Origin: Eledone cirrhosa | Lineage: Eukaryota | Assembly (NCBI GenBank): GCA_964016885.1 | Contig: OZ024758.1 | Location: 32,054,001 to 32,118,000 of the forward strand | Direction: 5' to 3' | Length of the DNA stretch: 64,000 bases | In this document: positions 51,975-64,000 of the stretch, in pieces | Numbering within the stretch: the first letter of the stretch is position 1 | Layout of the letters: each line of letters begins with the position of its first letter | The notes under the pieces: generated by a model | What the model was told of the DNA's origin: nothing | The model's input: only the letters and a program-made list of their open reading frames with translations | The model's database searches: none | Made by a program: the position numbers and the translations under genes

Positions 51975-53350
51975 TATATTTCTTGAAGAATTTTAACGGA
52001 ATTTAACATACAGGTTGGTGTCCACTGGGGCTCTGTTCTTAGCCCTCTCCTATTCATCATAGTTCTGGAGGCAATAACGGAGGAGTTTAAGTCCGGATGC
52101 CAATGGGAACTCCTGTATGCAGATGACCTCACACTTATAGCTGAATCTATGATAGGACTAGAGAAGAAATTCCAAACTTGGAAGCAGAGACTAGAGAGAA
52201 AGGGTCTCAGGTCCAACCTGACAAATACTAAGGTCCTTGTAAGTAGACGAGAAAACAGAACCCAGATCCCCCCAGGGAAATGGTCTTGCTCAGTATGTAG
52301 GAAAGGTGTAGGTAGGAACTCCATTCTCTGCCCCAAATACAAACAATGGGTACACAAGAGATGTAGCGGGATCTCAGGAAGCTTAATTAAGAATGTAGGC
52401 TTCACATGCAGCAGCTGTACTGGGACAGCAAGCAGCAAACAGCCACAGGAAACAAGTACCACCAAACACTGGGATGGCTCTGTAGAAACAGTAGACAGCT
52501 TCTGCTACCTAGGTGACAGAATTAGCAGCGGAGGTGGGTGTTCGGAAAGTACAATAACTAGGGTAAGAACGGGATGGAAGAAGTTCAGGGAGCTACTGCC
52601 ACTGCTAGCTGCAAAAGGCTTTTCCCTCAAAATGAAGGGCAGACTGTATGATGTGGGTATACGAACAGCAATGTTACATGGTAGTGAGACCTGGGCGCTG
52701 AAGGTGGAAGACTTACGTAGATTAGAAAGAAACGAAGCCTGCATGCTCCGATGGATGTGTTATAGTAATATACGCGAAAGGCAAAGCATAAATGAATTGA
52801 GAGAGAGACTGAGCATAAGAGGAATCAATTGCTGTGAGCAGGAGAGGCGGTTGCGTTGGTATGGACATGTGATGCGTATGGAGGATGACAGCTGCATAAA
52901 AAGGTGCAGAGCACTAGAAGTTGGTGGAAGCCGCAGAGTGGGGAGACCCAAGAAGACCTAGGATGAGGTGATAAAAGCCGACCTTACCCAATTACACCTC
53001 TCAAGAGCAATGACACACGACCGTGACCTCTGGCGTCACGCAGTAATACAGAAGACCCAAACCCCCACAGGTACAAGCCAAAGCTGAAGCCTATAGACAA
53101 TATGCCCTCGCACCCTCCCACTGCAAAGTGGTCGTGGAGGTGCCACGGCAAAAAAGCACCCTCCACTCACTGTAAATGAGGTTGGTGTTAGGAAGGGCAT
53201 CCAGCTGTAGAAATCAAGCCAGACTCAGTTCCCGTATGAGCAAGACAAGGTCAACCGACCGGGCACTGCCCACAACAGGACAACCCGTCTCACCCATGCT
53301 AGCGTGGAAGAATGGCCGTAAAACGGTGATGATGATGATGATGATGATGA
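51975..53350 (+). mobile_element. RTE LINE family 2, 3' fragment
   Basis: GSVLSPLLF, LYADDL, Cys-rich insert, AMLHGSETW and GRPKKT, with a ~250-bp 3' UTR and (GAT)n tail. Confidence 0.88.
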
Positions 53351-53396
53351 TACATATATATACTTTATATATATATATATATAAATATATATACAT

Positions 53397-53483
<87 letters not shown>

Positions 53484-53571
53484 GATCGATCGACTTTTGT
53501 CAAATCAGACCTAGGAAACAATGTTTCCGTTGATCTTTCCAGTTGCTAAGACTATCTATCTGTCACAACTC

Positions 53572-53686
53572 CAGGTACAAGGAGCAACGTGAAATAAAGT
53601 GTCTTGCTCATAACGCTCGCGCGGTCCAGGAATCGAACTCACAACCTCAAGATTGTGAATCCGATTCTCTAACCACTCAGCCACAT
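53572..53686 (-). mobile_element. SINE 5' head fragment
   Basis: Reverse complement reads tgtggctgagtggttagagaatcgg...gagttcgattcctggacc...gagcaagacactttatttcac. Confidence 0.65.
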
Positions 53687-54109
53687 ATTATGTCCCTTAC
53701 CCATTACCCCCCTTCTTCTCATTCATTCATTTCGAGGTTTACGAAGCTAGATGACCATCTTTGAAATCCTCGCCTATTCGCCTTGTCAAATATGCCTACT
53801 TGTACCAGCTTTTTTCACCCAAATCTCCTGATGATATACGCATGATAGCTACCTATCTGACAATTTCCCTACCACCCTCCCCCACACACCACCATAGGCT
53901 ATTCAACCAATCAAACCTCAGCAACATGTCCCCACCCATTACCAGCCCCAACAAACTCTGCCATTACCACTACTGTCCTTCTAGCCCTTACCAGCCCCAA
54001 CAAACTCTGCCATTAATACTACTGTCCTTCTAGCCCTGCACCAAAGAATTCTTTTACCATTATGTATGGATGAGGTGAGGATAAATGGAACAACCCCTAA
54101 TTAATAAAT

Positions 54110-57100
54110 GAATAGAGATGTTAGAGCGAAAGGAAATTGATGCATGCTGTGTGCAAGAGACTAGATGGAGAGGAGAGTCTGCTAGAGTCCTTGTAGGCAA
54201 AAGTCAATGCTACAAATTTTTCTGGGTGGGAAATGACAACGGAATGGGAGGTGTAGGTATACTATTAGCTGACAAATGGGTTGATAAGGTAATCTCAGTG
54301 AACAGGGTAAACGCGAGAATCATTAAACTCAGACTAGTCCTGAATAAAACAATTGCCACAATCATATCAGCTTATGCACCCCCAATCGGGGTTGCCAGAC
54401 GAACTTAAGGATATGTTTTACGAGTCCTTAATACACACTACTGCCCTAACAAATGACAATGACTTCCTAATCATTGCAGGAGACTTTAACGGACACGTTG
54501 GGAAACACCGTGACGGCTTCTATAGAATCCATGGAGGCTACGGGTTTGGCACAAGAAATGAAGAAGGCTTCAGGCTTCTAGAATTCTGCGACGTCAATGA
54601 CATGTCGATATGTAACACAAACTTCAAACAACCTGACAACCATCTGATCACCTATAGATCAGGGGAGCATTCTAGTCAGATAGATTTTATCCTCATCAGA
54701 GGACGTGACAGATGGACGGTCGTAAACACAAAAGCCTTCCCTAGTGAGGAATGTATCTCCCAACATAACTTAGTTGTCAGCGACCTCACTGTCAGAACTA
54801 GACGAATTTGAAAACAGAAGGCAACCTGGAAAAGAAAAATCTGGAAGCTGAAAGACCCCTCAGCCAATAACAGATTTAAAGATATCTTACTTGGTGCCGA
54901 TGACAGTAAAGAAGAACAGATAGAGACATTCAATGTAGAAGAGCACTGGGAGTTCCTAAAAAATAACTTACTTAAAGGCGACAGATGAGACTTGTGGTTG
55001 GAGCAAGACCACAGGGTGGAGGAGAGTGACTTGGTGGTGGAACAATAAGGTAGATGAGGCAATTAAGGCCAAGAGACAGGCATGGAAAGAATGGAAGAAA
55101 GGGGGAAGTAGGGTACATTACATAGGACCAGGAGGGAAGCTAGGCGACAAATATACTTAGCTAGGAGGGAAGCGGAGGATAGAACATTCAAGCATGTTTT
55201 GCAACGTGAGGAGTAGAAATAGGAAGTGTTCAGGATTACGAGGCAGTGTGTCAGAGAGAATTGTGATGTCATTGGGGAGAAGCGTGTCTGGAATGACAAA
55301 GGTGAGCTTGCCCTCATAAGGGCTGAGAAGGAAGATGCATGGAAGAGCCATTATGAAAGATTACTAAATGAGGAGAATGCATGGGAGAAAGAGACCCTAC
55401 CCCAAGTGGACCATATAGAGGGGCCAGCAGTACAAGTCCGCAGCAGCGTAGTAAGTAACGCAATTAAAGATATGAAGACTGGGAAGGCAACCGGTGCATC
55501 GGATATAGCTGCTGAGATGCTGAAAGCATCTGGGTCGGTAGGTCACACGATAACCACACGTATTGTTAACCAGGTAATACTAGGTGTCATACCAAAGGAT
55601 TGGTGCAGCAGCATCATTGTCAACTGCTACAAGGGTAAAGGTGATGCACTAGATAGAGGAAACTATAGAGGTATAAAGCTGATGGACCAGGTCATGAAAG
55701 TAACGAAAAGAAACAGTAAAGAAAAGAACAGTTGATTAGGGACTGGGTGAAACTAGATGAGATGCAATTTGGGTTTGTGCCAGGAAAAGGCACCACTAAT
55801 TCCCTCTTCCTTGTGAGGAAGTTACAGGAAAAGTTAGTCGCTCTACATGGCATTTGTCGATGTGGAAAAGCCTTCGACAGAGTCCCCCATGCAATAATCT
55901 GGTGGGTTCTTAGAAAACTAGGAGTAGATGAATGGCTTGTGAAAGCTGTACAAGACATATATAGGGGAGCAGTCAGCAAAGTTAGGGTTAACAATGACTA
56001 TAGCGAGGAATTTAGCATACATGTCGGTGTCCACCAGGGCTCTGTTCTTAGCCCTCTTCTGTTCATTATAGTATTGGAGGCAATAACAGAGGAGTTTAAG
56101 ACCAGGTGACCATGAGAATTCCTATATGCGGATGATCTCACACTTATAGCTATGGAAGAACTAGAGAAGAAATTCCAAACATGGAAGCAGGGACTAGAAA
56201 GAAAGGGTCTCAAAGTCAACCTGACAAAGACTAAGCTCCTCATAAGTAGACAAAAAAACCGGACCCAGATCCCCTCAGGGAAATGGCCTTGCTCAGTATG
56301 TAGGAAAGGTGTAGGTAGGAATTCCATTCTCTGCCCCAAATGCAAACAATGGGTACACAAGAGATGTAGTGGGATCTCAGGAAGCTTAGCTAAGAATGTA
56401 GGTTTTACATGCAGCAGCTGCGCCGGGACAGCAAGCAGCAAACACCCACAGGAAACAAGCACTACCAAACACTGGGAGGGTCCTGTAGAAACAGTAGACA
56501 GCTTCTGTTACCTAGGTGACCGAATTAGCAGCAGAGGTGGGTGTTCGGAAAGTACAATAACTAGGGTAGGAACAGGATGGAAGAAGTTCAGGGAGCTACT
56601 ACCACTGCTAGCTGCGAAATGATTTTCCCTCAAAATGAAGGGCAGACTGTATGATGCGTGTATACGAACAGCAATGTTACATAGTAGTGAGACCTGGGCG
56701 TTGTCTGTGGAAGACTTGCGTAGATTAGAAAGAAATGAAGCCTGCATGCTCCAATGGATGTGTAATAGTAATATACGCTAACGGCAAAGCATAAATGATT
56801 TGAGAGAGAGACTGAAGATAAGAGGAATCAAATGGTGTGTGCAGGAGAGGAGGTTGCATTGATATGGACATGTGATGTGTATGAAGGATGACAGTTGCAT
56901 AAAAAGGTGCAGAGCACTAGAAGTCGATGGAAGCCACGGAGTGGGGAGACCCAAGAAGACCTGGGATGAGGTGATAAAGCCGACCTTACCCAATTACACC
57001 TCTCAAGAGCAATGACACACGACCGTGACCTCTGGCGTCACGCAATAATACAGAAGACCCGAACCCCATGGGTACAAGCCGAAGCCAAAGCATATAGACA

Positions 57101-57340
57101 ATATGCCCACCCCCTCCCCACTGAAAATTGTTCGTGGAGGTGCCACGGCAAAAAAGCACCCAGCACTCACTGTAAATGAGGTTGGTGTTAGGAAGGTCAT
57201 CCAGCTGTAGACAACAAGCCAGAATCAGTTCCCGTATGAGCAAGACAAGGTCAGCCTACCGGACACTGCCCACAACAGGACAACCCGTCTAACCCATGTT
57301 AGCGTCGAAGAACGGACGTAAAACGGTGATTATGATGATA
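54110..57340 (+). mobile_element. RTE LINE family 2, near full-length, degenerate
   Basis: CCVQETRW, IISAYAP, AGDFNGHVG, SQIDFIL, NYRGIKL, KAFDRVPH, GVHQGSVLSPL. Same 3' UTR as 53000-53350. Confidence 0.9.
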
Positions 57341-58740
57341 TATATATATGTGTGTGTATATATATATATATATGTGTATATATATATATTAAACGAAGGA
57401 AGTGTGGTAAGGGACCATGTGGTCCATAACGTACCAGAGTACTCGATACTTTGGGTAGTAGAGTTGGTAATAGGAAAAGAATCAGGACCCCGACGGCTGA
57501 GCTCCGACCGTTTCGACAGCTAGTTCTGAACTAACACAGTATTGTTAGCACAGCAGTAGTCTGGCTGAACTTATCAAGGGGAAATTCCATATATGGGCAT
57601 GCACTCCTGCCAAACAGTTCTCAAAGTTGTTTTCATCGGGAGGGGGGGGGGGGTCACAGTTTTTGTAAACCCAGTTAAATTCCTTCATAGCAGCGGGTGG
57701 GGGTGGGGGTGGCTGAATTTGCCTGTAGGACAAGGGGGAGGGAGTAAGATCACAATCTGACCTGTGGATGTAAGCTGGTCATGTGTTAAGAGGGAATTCT
57801 ATATAGCTATCTCTAAAATGGGTTAGGGAACTTATGATCAATAAAGAAATCGTGAAATTAAGCGTTGGCTAGGAGGCAAAGCAAATAGAATCTGATACAA
57901 AATTCCAAATTAATACAATCTACAAAATTTAGTTATTAGTTCATCCAAAACACTAAAACATTGTCCCATAATGGTAAATTATCAATAATATCGTCCGTAA
58001 TGATGCACACCTCCCCCCACAAAAAAAGAGGAAACACTGGCCACATTTTCAGCCAGTGCTATATAAATACCACAGGGGTGGAGATAGTAGGGTTAATCAA
58101 AGGAAGAATGAGGCTGAAAATAAGCAGAGGGCCGCCTAAGTGTAAAGGAGTGTGCAACTAATGAAGAGAAAAGGAAAGTAAAAAGAGAGGGAGGGGAAGA
58201 AAGTGAGAAAGAAGAAGAAAGAAAATTGTTACTTCTACCTAAGTATGTGGGGTCCTGAATCTTTTCCTATTACCCACTCTACTACCCAAAGTATTGAGTA
58301 CTCTGGTGCGGTATGGTCCAGCTGGTCTCTTACCACACTTCCTTCGTTATCTAGCCCCTACCTCCGTAGTGGAGCACTTTTCGACCCATACCACAGCCAT
58401 ATCCTGACATTTCTACCAATCTCCTGTTTCTTACTTGAACTACCTACCATGCGAAAACACACTATCGACTTTTCCAAGAACATCCCAGTTCAACCGAGAA
58501 AACTTTACCTACGGATATTAACCAATATTTTAATACATATATTTCTGTTCCAAACAGTAAATTTTAGGAGAGATGGCAAACTAGCTTAGGGTTTTAGACA
58601 AACGAAGGGCTTTAGACAAACTAAGACTAAATATTAAGATAGTTGAAAGAACAGGTATTCCTATAAAAACCCTAATTGGAAAAAAATATGCGTTTCAAAG
58701 ACCCCATAGTCTGCAAATATATATATAAATATATATAGTC

Positions 58741-61000
58741 TATCAAAGTTCTTTCATCACACACCTGTGATATCGTCAATGGTACTATTATGTTCCCCCC
58801 TTTGTATTGTAATGTCTATTCCATTTTTCCTTTTTTTATTTTTTTTCTTGTCTCTGTTTGCTCTGAGTTTGTGTGTGTTTTCTGTTTGGTGTGTGTTGGT
58901 GTCTGAATTTGTGTGTCTTTGTATTCTATCTTTGGTCACTAGTGTATGTTTATGTGTGGTTGTTGTTATTGTACCTGTGTATATTTATTTATATTTATCT
59001 TAGGTCAGTATTGTGTTTGTGTATGGTTGTTGTTATTCCATTCATTTTTTTTCTGTTCAACTTTGGTTTTCTGAGTTCTATTTCAGTTGCTTCTCTGATT
59101 TGTCTACCTGTTGAGTCATTTCTATGTTTAGATATTATTTTAAATTCTATGTTGTCTATATTACCATCATATCTTTGTCTGGTGTGTTCATATAGTAGGA
59201 AACCGTCTTTTTGTCCTTTTAATTCTCCCCAGTGCTGGTCTATCCTTTCTCCTATGCTTCGAGCTGTCTCACCTATGTATGTCATTGTCATGTTTCTGCA
59301 AGTACCCTCTGTACATCTTATGCTATAGACTACATTTTTAGTTTTACAATTTACATTTCTTATAAGTACAGTGGGTTTTGTTAAAGGGGTGTGTTTTGCT
59401 GATTAGGGATTTTATGGTAGTTCCTGGCTTTTCTACCACTTTAATCTTTAAATGGGTCTTTCTTAGGGCCTTTCTACATTGGTTAGCTAATTTCCCTCCA
59501 GGGGTAGCATCCACTAACATGACACTCTGGTATCTCTGGTTGTCGTATCATGAGGTGGCTTTCCCTATTTTATGTTTAGTCCTATCTAAGCTATTCCATG
59601 ATTTGCTCCTGTACAATGGGCAAATCCCTTTCATGTCCATCTCTATGAGGGTCTTATATTTCTCCGTGGCTCCTTTGTACACCCTGATTCTGTCTCTTTG
59701 GTTGTAGCCAGAGAACAGCATGCAATTGATGAAGTGTTGGATATGTCTTTCCATTTTAGTTGGATAGCACATGCGGGACACATTCTTCATCACTCTTACC
59801 AAGTCTGCAATCAGAATATTAAACTTAGCACTATTGCTGAGTTTTTGAGTATAAGGGATTTGGAGGCCATGGGTTTAGCATAATGTGAGTGGAGAATTTG
59901 TGTTTTCTCATTTATAGTGTACAACCAGAGTTCAGTGTCTAATACTGGTAGTCTATTGTTAGGGTGTTTGGAAGGGCAGTCAATAGTTACTGTGATGCTC
60001 TGGTGTATGGAATTAGCTATCTGCTGAATGCTCTCCATGGTGTTAGTTTCTAATTCGGGTTTATTGGTACTCTCTTGTGGGGATGTTTTTATTACTATAT
60101 TGATATCATCTACGTAATTAGATGATATCAATATAGTAATAAAAACACTCCTCTTATTGGGATACTGGGGCAGAAACTGTTAAGGTTATAATTACTTAAA
60201 TATTCTCTGTCACATGTAAGTCTAAGTAGGAGGCCCAATTTGTCTGTGTCAACATTACAGAACTCTACGTCACTCTCACTAATTATTTCCACAGCAAAAT
60301 CAATGTCCATGGATGAGTACAGGGACACTACATCCATACTGCCTATTATGCAATTTGTCAAGCCTTTGGTGTAGTTGCTGTCATTGATTCTACTGAGGAG
60401 GTCTTCTGTGCTGTCACATATATCTGAGGACATCTTAATTATGGGGTGTACAATCATAGAGAAGATGTAGGAGATCCTGTAATTGCTAGCAATATTGGCT
60501 TAACATACAGGTCTTGTTGTAGGGTCATTAGTTGTCTTATGGTCTTTGTGGAGCCCATACAAGAGTGGTATGTCATTGTTAGAGGTTTGGAAATTATTGG
60601 CTGTGTTTACTTGGTTTTAGGATGTCAGTCTACATCATCATGTGAGCATTAAGGACCCTTTCTCTTTCCTCATGTTGGTGATGTGGTGCTGCAACGCCTT
60701 GATGTAGTTTGGCATGCTGTCTATTGACATCCTACTGGATTTCTCTGTGGGTAGACACACTACCTCACCCTCCCTTGTGCGCTGCATGAGGCTAAGTAGG
60801 CCTTCTACAGGTTTTCTTCCAAGTTGTTGGACTTCTGCTGTTTTGTCTCCTAATATATAGTTATACAACCTGTCTAAGTATATTTCTAGCTATGGTAAAC
60901 TGAGCCTCTGTTTGGTCATGTATTTGTTGTACTATAAAAAACCCTTTTATTAAAAGGTAATTTTGTTCATCTTATATGTTTTGTCAGCTGGGTGTAATTG
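58741..61000 (-). mobile_element. degenerate Penelope-like element (RT + GIY-YIG) ending in a hammerhead-like motif
   Basis: PTEKSSRM, GSMDVVSLY, YVDDINIV, LPVLD, HYAKPMAS, TYIGETARSIGERIDQH, RQIREA. tagtacca ttgacga...GAAAgaactt at ~58741-58787. Confidence 0.8.
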
Positions 61001-61121
61001 TGTGTACTATTATTATTGTTATTATTGTTGCTGCTGTTTTCCCTATTGTTATCATTGTTACTGCTATTTCCATTGCTGTTATTATAGTTGTTGTTGTTCT
61101 CTCTATTGTTATCATTGTTGT

Positions 61122-61225
<104 letters not shown>

Positions 61226-62404
61226 TCAGTTATTTTTTGAGGAACCTAAATTGACTTGATATATTTCTGTTTATTTTTTTCTTTTGCCTGGAAAAATCCT
61301 CCAAGATTGCCTACTCTTAATATGCAAAAATATGAGTTTCATATATTCTGTTGTAGCATGTACACATTAACATTTATTACTCTTATTGTCTTCTGCAGAC
61401 AAATGGAGATTCAATCATAGAAATTCATATTTTGCATGTTTCAGGCTTAAGAATTACACTTATGGTATATATTATTACTAAAATGTTATATATATGATGT
61501 GAGAAAAACCACAAACCCTCCATCCAGCAAATGTATTATAGGAAAATAGACTGTATTTAAAATTAAATATAAATAAATAACATTATATAAAAGGGATTCG
61601 CTTGTAACACAATATAATGTATATTAGCACAAAGAATTTAACTAATTGAAACTGTAAACAACTATACATTTTTTCCATTTTTTCTTCTTTTTACTTTCAT
61701 ATACAATTTAATCGCTAGTTACCTCCTCTTTCGCATTAGCTCCCCTTAATATAGATCTCAAACTCACTTCCGGAAATTAAACCGTTAGAAGAATCGCTAT
61801 AGAACAACTCGAACCAAGGATAACAATATAATAGGACCAATATACAATCCATAGCTGTAACTAACGAAAAACATTCACTAAAATTAAATTTAACCAAAGA
61901 TAGCAATACCATTGATACTCTCAACACATACACATTTGAACATTACAGAAACAATCATCATATTACATCCACCATAAACTCGTAATTTTAATACACAAAC
62001 ACCTTTGCCTGCTTGATATGCTTGTAAACCTATGTTATTTTTTATGTGATACCTTTGCCATACAGTAATTATATATGCCTACTACCATTGCTTGTCTCCT
62101 TCCTATATATACCTAACACATTTGCACTCTCTACACGCTTGCATATGTACTGCTGGTGTCCTCGTTTTACGAGTAACCTTAATGCCTCTTTAATTATTAG
62201 ACTATTGCCTTGTGATATCTGTCGCATGCATTCCACTCTGTGCTTTTTAATTTTAATTTTAATTATTGTACAATTCTCTTGTAATATATGTCGCATCCAT
62301 TCCACTCAGTAAATACGAAACTGTTGTTGACAGCACTAATATCCATGTATCTACATAATTGTTCAGTTGAATAGGAGGTTAACTATATGTACAAACATTG
62401 CTAG

Positions 62405-62451
62405 TGCTCCGATGACTCCAAACGAAAGTTTGGAAGAAACGATTGTCAGCA
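62405..62451 (+). ncRNA. hammerhead ribozyme motif, CCGAUGA variant
   Basis: tgct CCGATGA ctccaaac gaaa gtttggaa GAAA cgattg TC agca. Confidence 0.6.
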
Positions 62452-62507
62452 ATAAAATGATTTGAACATAACTTTGATTATTGTGTAATTTATTTATATA
62501 TATATAT

Positions 62508-64000
62508 CATCATCATCATCATCATCATCATTTTACGTCCGCTTTTCCCTGCTTGCAAGGTTGGGACGGGTCTTATTCAGCACAGCATCTCTCCACTTGT
62601 CACGGTCCTTCGTCATCTCCACCGTGAGCTTCAGCGATCTGAGATTTGTTCTCACCACCTCCGCCCATGTTTTTCGTGGTCTAGCTCTACCACGTCTTCC
62701 TTCAACTGGCATTTCCTGGCACTTCTTCACCCATCGGTCATCCTCCATGCGCATCACATGTCCATACCACCTCAGTCTCCTTTCTCGCACACTACATTCT
62801 ATCCCTCTCAGACACAGTTTCTCTCTCAACACATTAATGCTGGGTCGTTCATGCACATTGATGTTGCACATCCAACGGAGCATGCTTGCCTCATTTCTCT
62901 CCAGCCGTCGCATATCCTCTGCAGTTGCTGCCCATGTCTCACTACCATGCAGCATCGCGCTCCTCACACAGGCATCATATAACCGGCCTTTCATACGCAG
63001 GGAGAAATCATTCTTCGTCAGCAGAGGAAGCAGCTGCCTAAACTTCTTCTAACCCATCCTTATTCTAGATACTATGGCCTCGGAACACCCCTCTCCCATG
63101 CTTATCTGATCAACTAAGTACCGGAAGCTATCCACCACTTCTATAGCACCCGCCTGCATTTGAAAAATGTGTCTATCAATGCGACTTCTACTGTCTAATT
63201 TCCCTGTACATCTTCTGCATACATATTTCTCCCTACCTATTAGTTTGCCTGCTATCCCACTACATCTCTTGTGTACGCAGGATCTGCATTGTGTGCATTT
63301 TATAGAATTTATGCCAGTTCCTTTTCTACATATCGAACATGGCCATTTCTCTGACGGAATCAGAATTTTGTCCTCTTTTTTACTCATCAACAATTTTGTG
63401 CTCCCAACTGCTGTTTCCATAGCCAGAATTTATTCTTTAGCTCCTCTACTGATTCTGCTATAAGAACCAGACCGTCAGCATAGAGAAGTTCCCATGGACA
63501 GCCAGTCTTAAACTCCTCTGTTTTGGCTTGGAGGACTATAATGAACAAGAGCGGACTGAGGACCGAATCTTGATGTACTCCTACTTGTATCTGGTATTCC
63601 TCACTAAACTCCATTCCTACCCTGACTTTACTGACAGTACCTCTGTACAAAGTTTGCACCGTCCTCACAGCCATTCCTCAACACCTAGTTTCCTTAGGAA
63701 CCACCAGATGACAGATCGAGGTACCCTATCAAAGGCCTTCTCTAGGTCAACAAAGGCTAAGTATAGTGGCTTATTTTTCTCTCAGAATCTCTCTTGTAAT
63801 TGTCTCACCAAGAAGAGGGCATCTGTTGTACTCTTCCCAGGAACAACACCAAACTGCATCTTATCTAGTTTGACCTTTTCTCTAATTAGTTGTGCTAATA
63901 TACTTTCTGCCACTTTCATAACCTGATCCATTAGTTTTATTCCCGTATAATTGCTCCTCTCCAGAGCATCCCCTTTACCTTTGTAGCAATTTATGAGAAT
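62508..64000 (-). mobile_element. RTE LINE family 1, 3' part (runs off the window)
   Basis: EKAFDRVPR, GVHQDSVLSPL, LYADGLVL, AMLHGSETW, RLRWYGHV, ending LASREKRT* plus (GAT)n. Confidence 0.9.

Overview
This is AT-rich, microsatellite-dense eukaryotic DNA with no recognisable host exon. Its tRNA-derived SINEs and RTE/Penelope content resemble octopus repeats, though the organism is an inference. Almost everything is nested retroelements: RTE LINEs, CR1-group LINEs, GIY-YIG Penelope-like elements (PLEs) with hammerhead ribozyme motifs, SINEs and a Helitron-like foldback. The standout is a ~3.5-kb endogenous parvovirus/densovirus-like element (4727-8234). It carries an intact PLA2-bearing capsid ORF and a HUH+SF3 NS1 gene in the reversed VP->NS order on one strand. 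Each gene is preceded by its own, different hairpin: a 21-bp stem at 4727-4808 and a perfect 66-bp stem at 6655-6788. The element replaces ~123 bp of a CR1-group LINE, and NS1 is fused in frame to the LINE ORF2 C-terminus. A predicted transmembrane ORF overlaps VP in the +1 frame. The second large structure is a ~16.7-kb, very young inverted-plus-tandem array of a Naiad-like PLE (10502-27185). Most short ORFs in the supplied track are microsatellite artefacts. All coordinates and alignments were read by eye.
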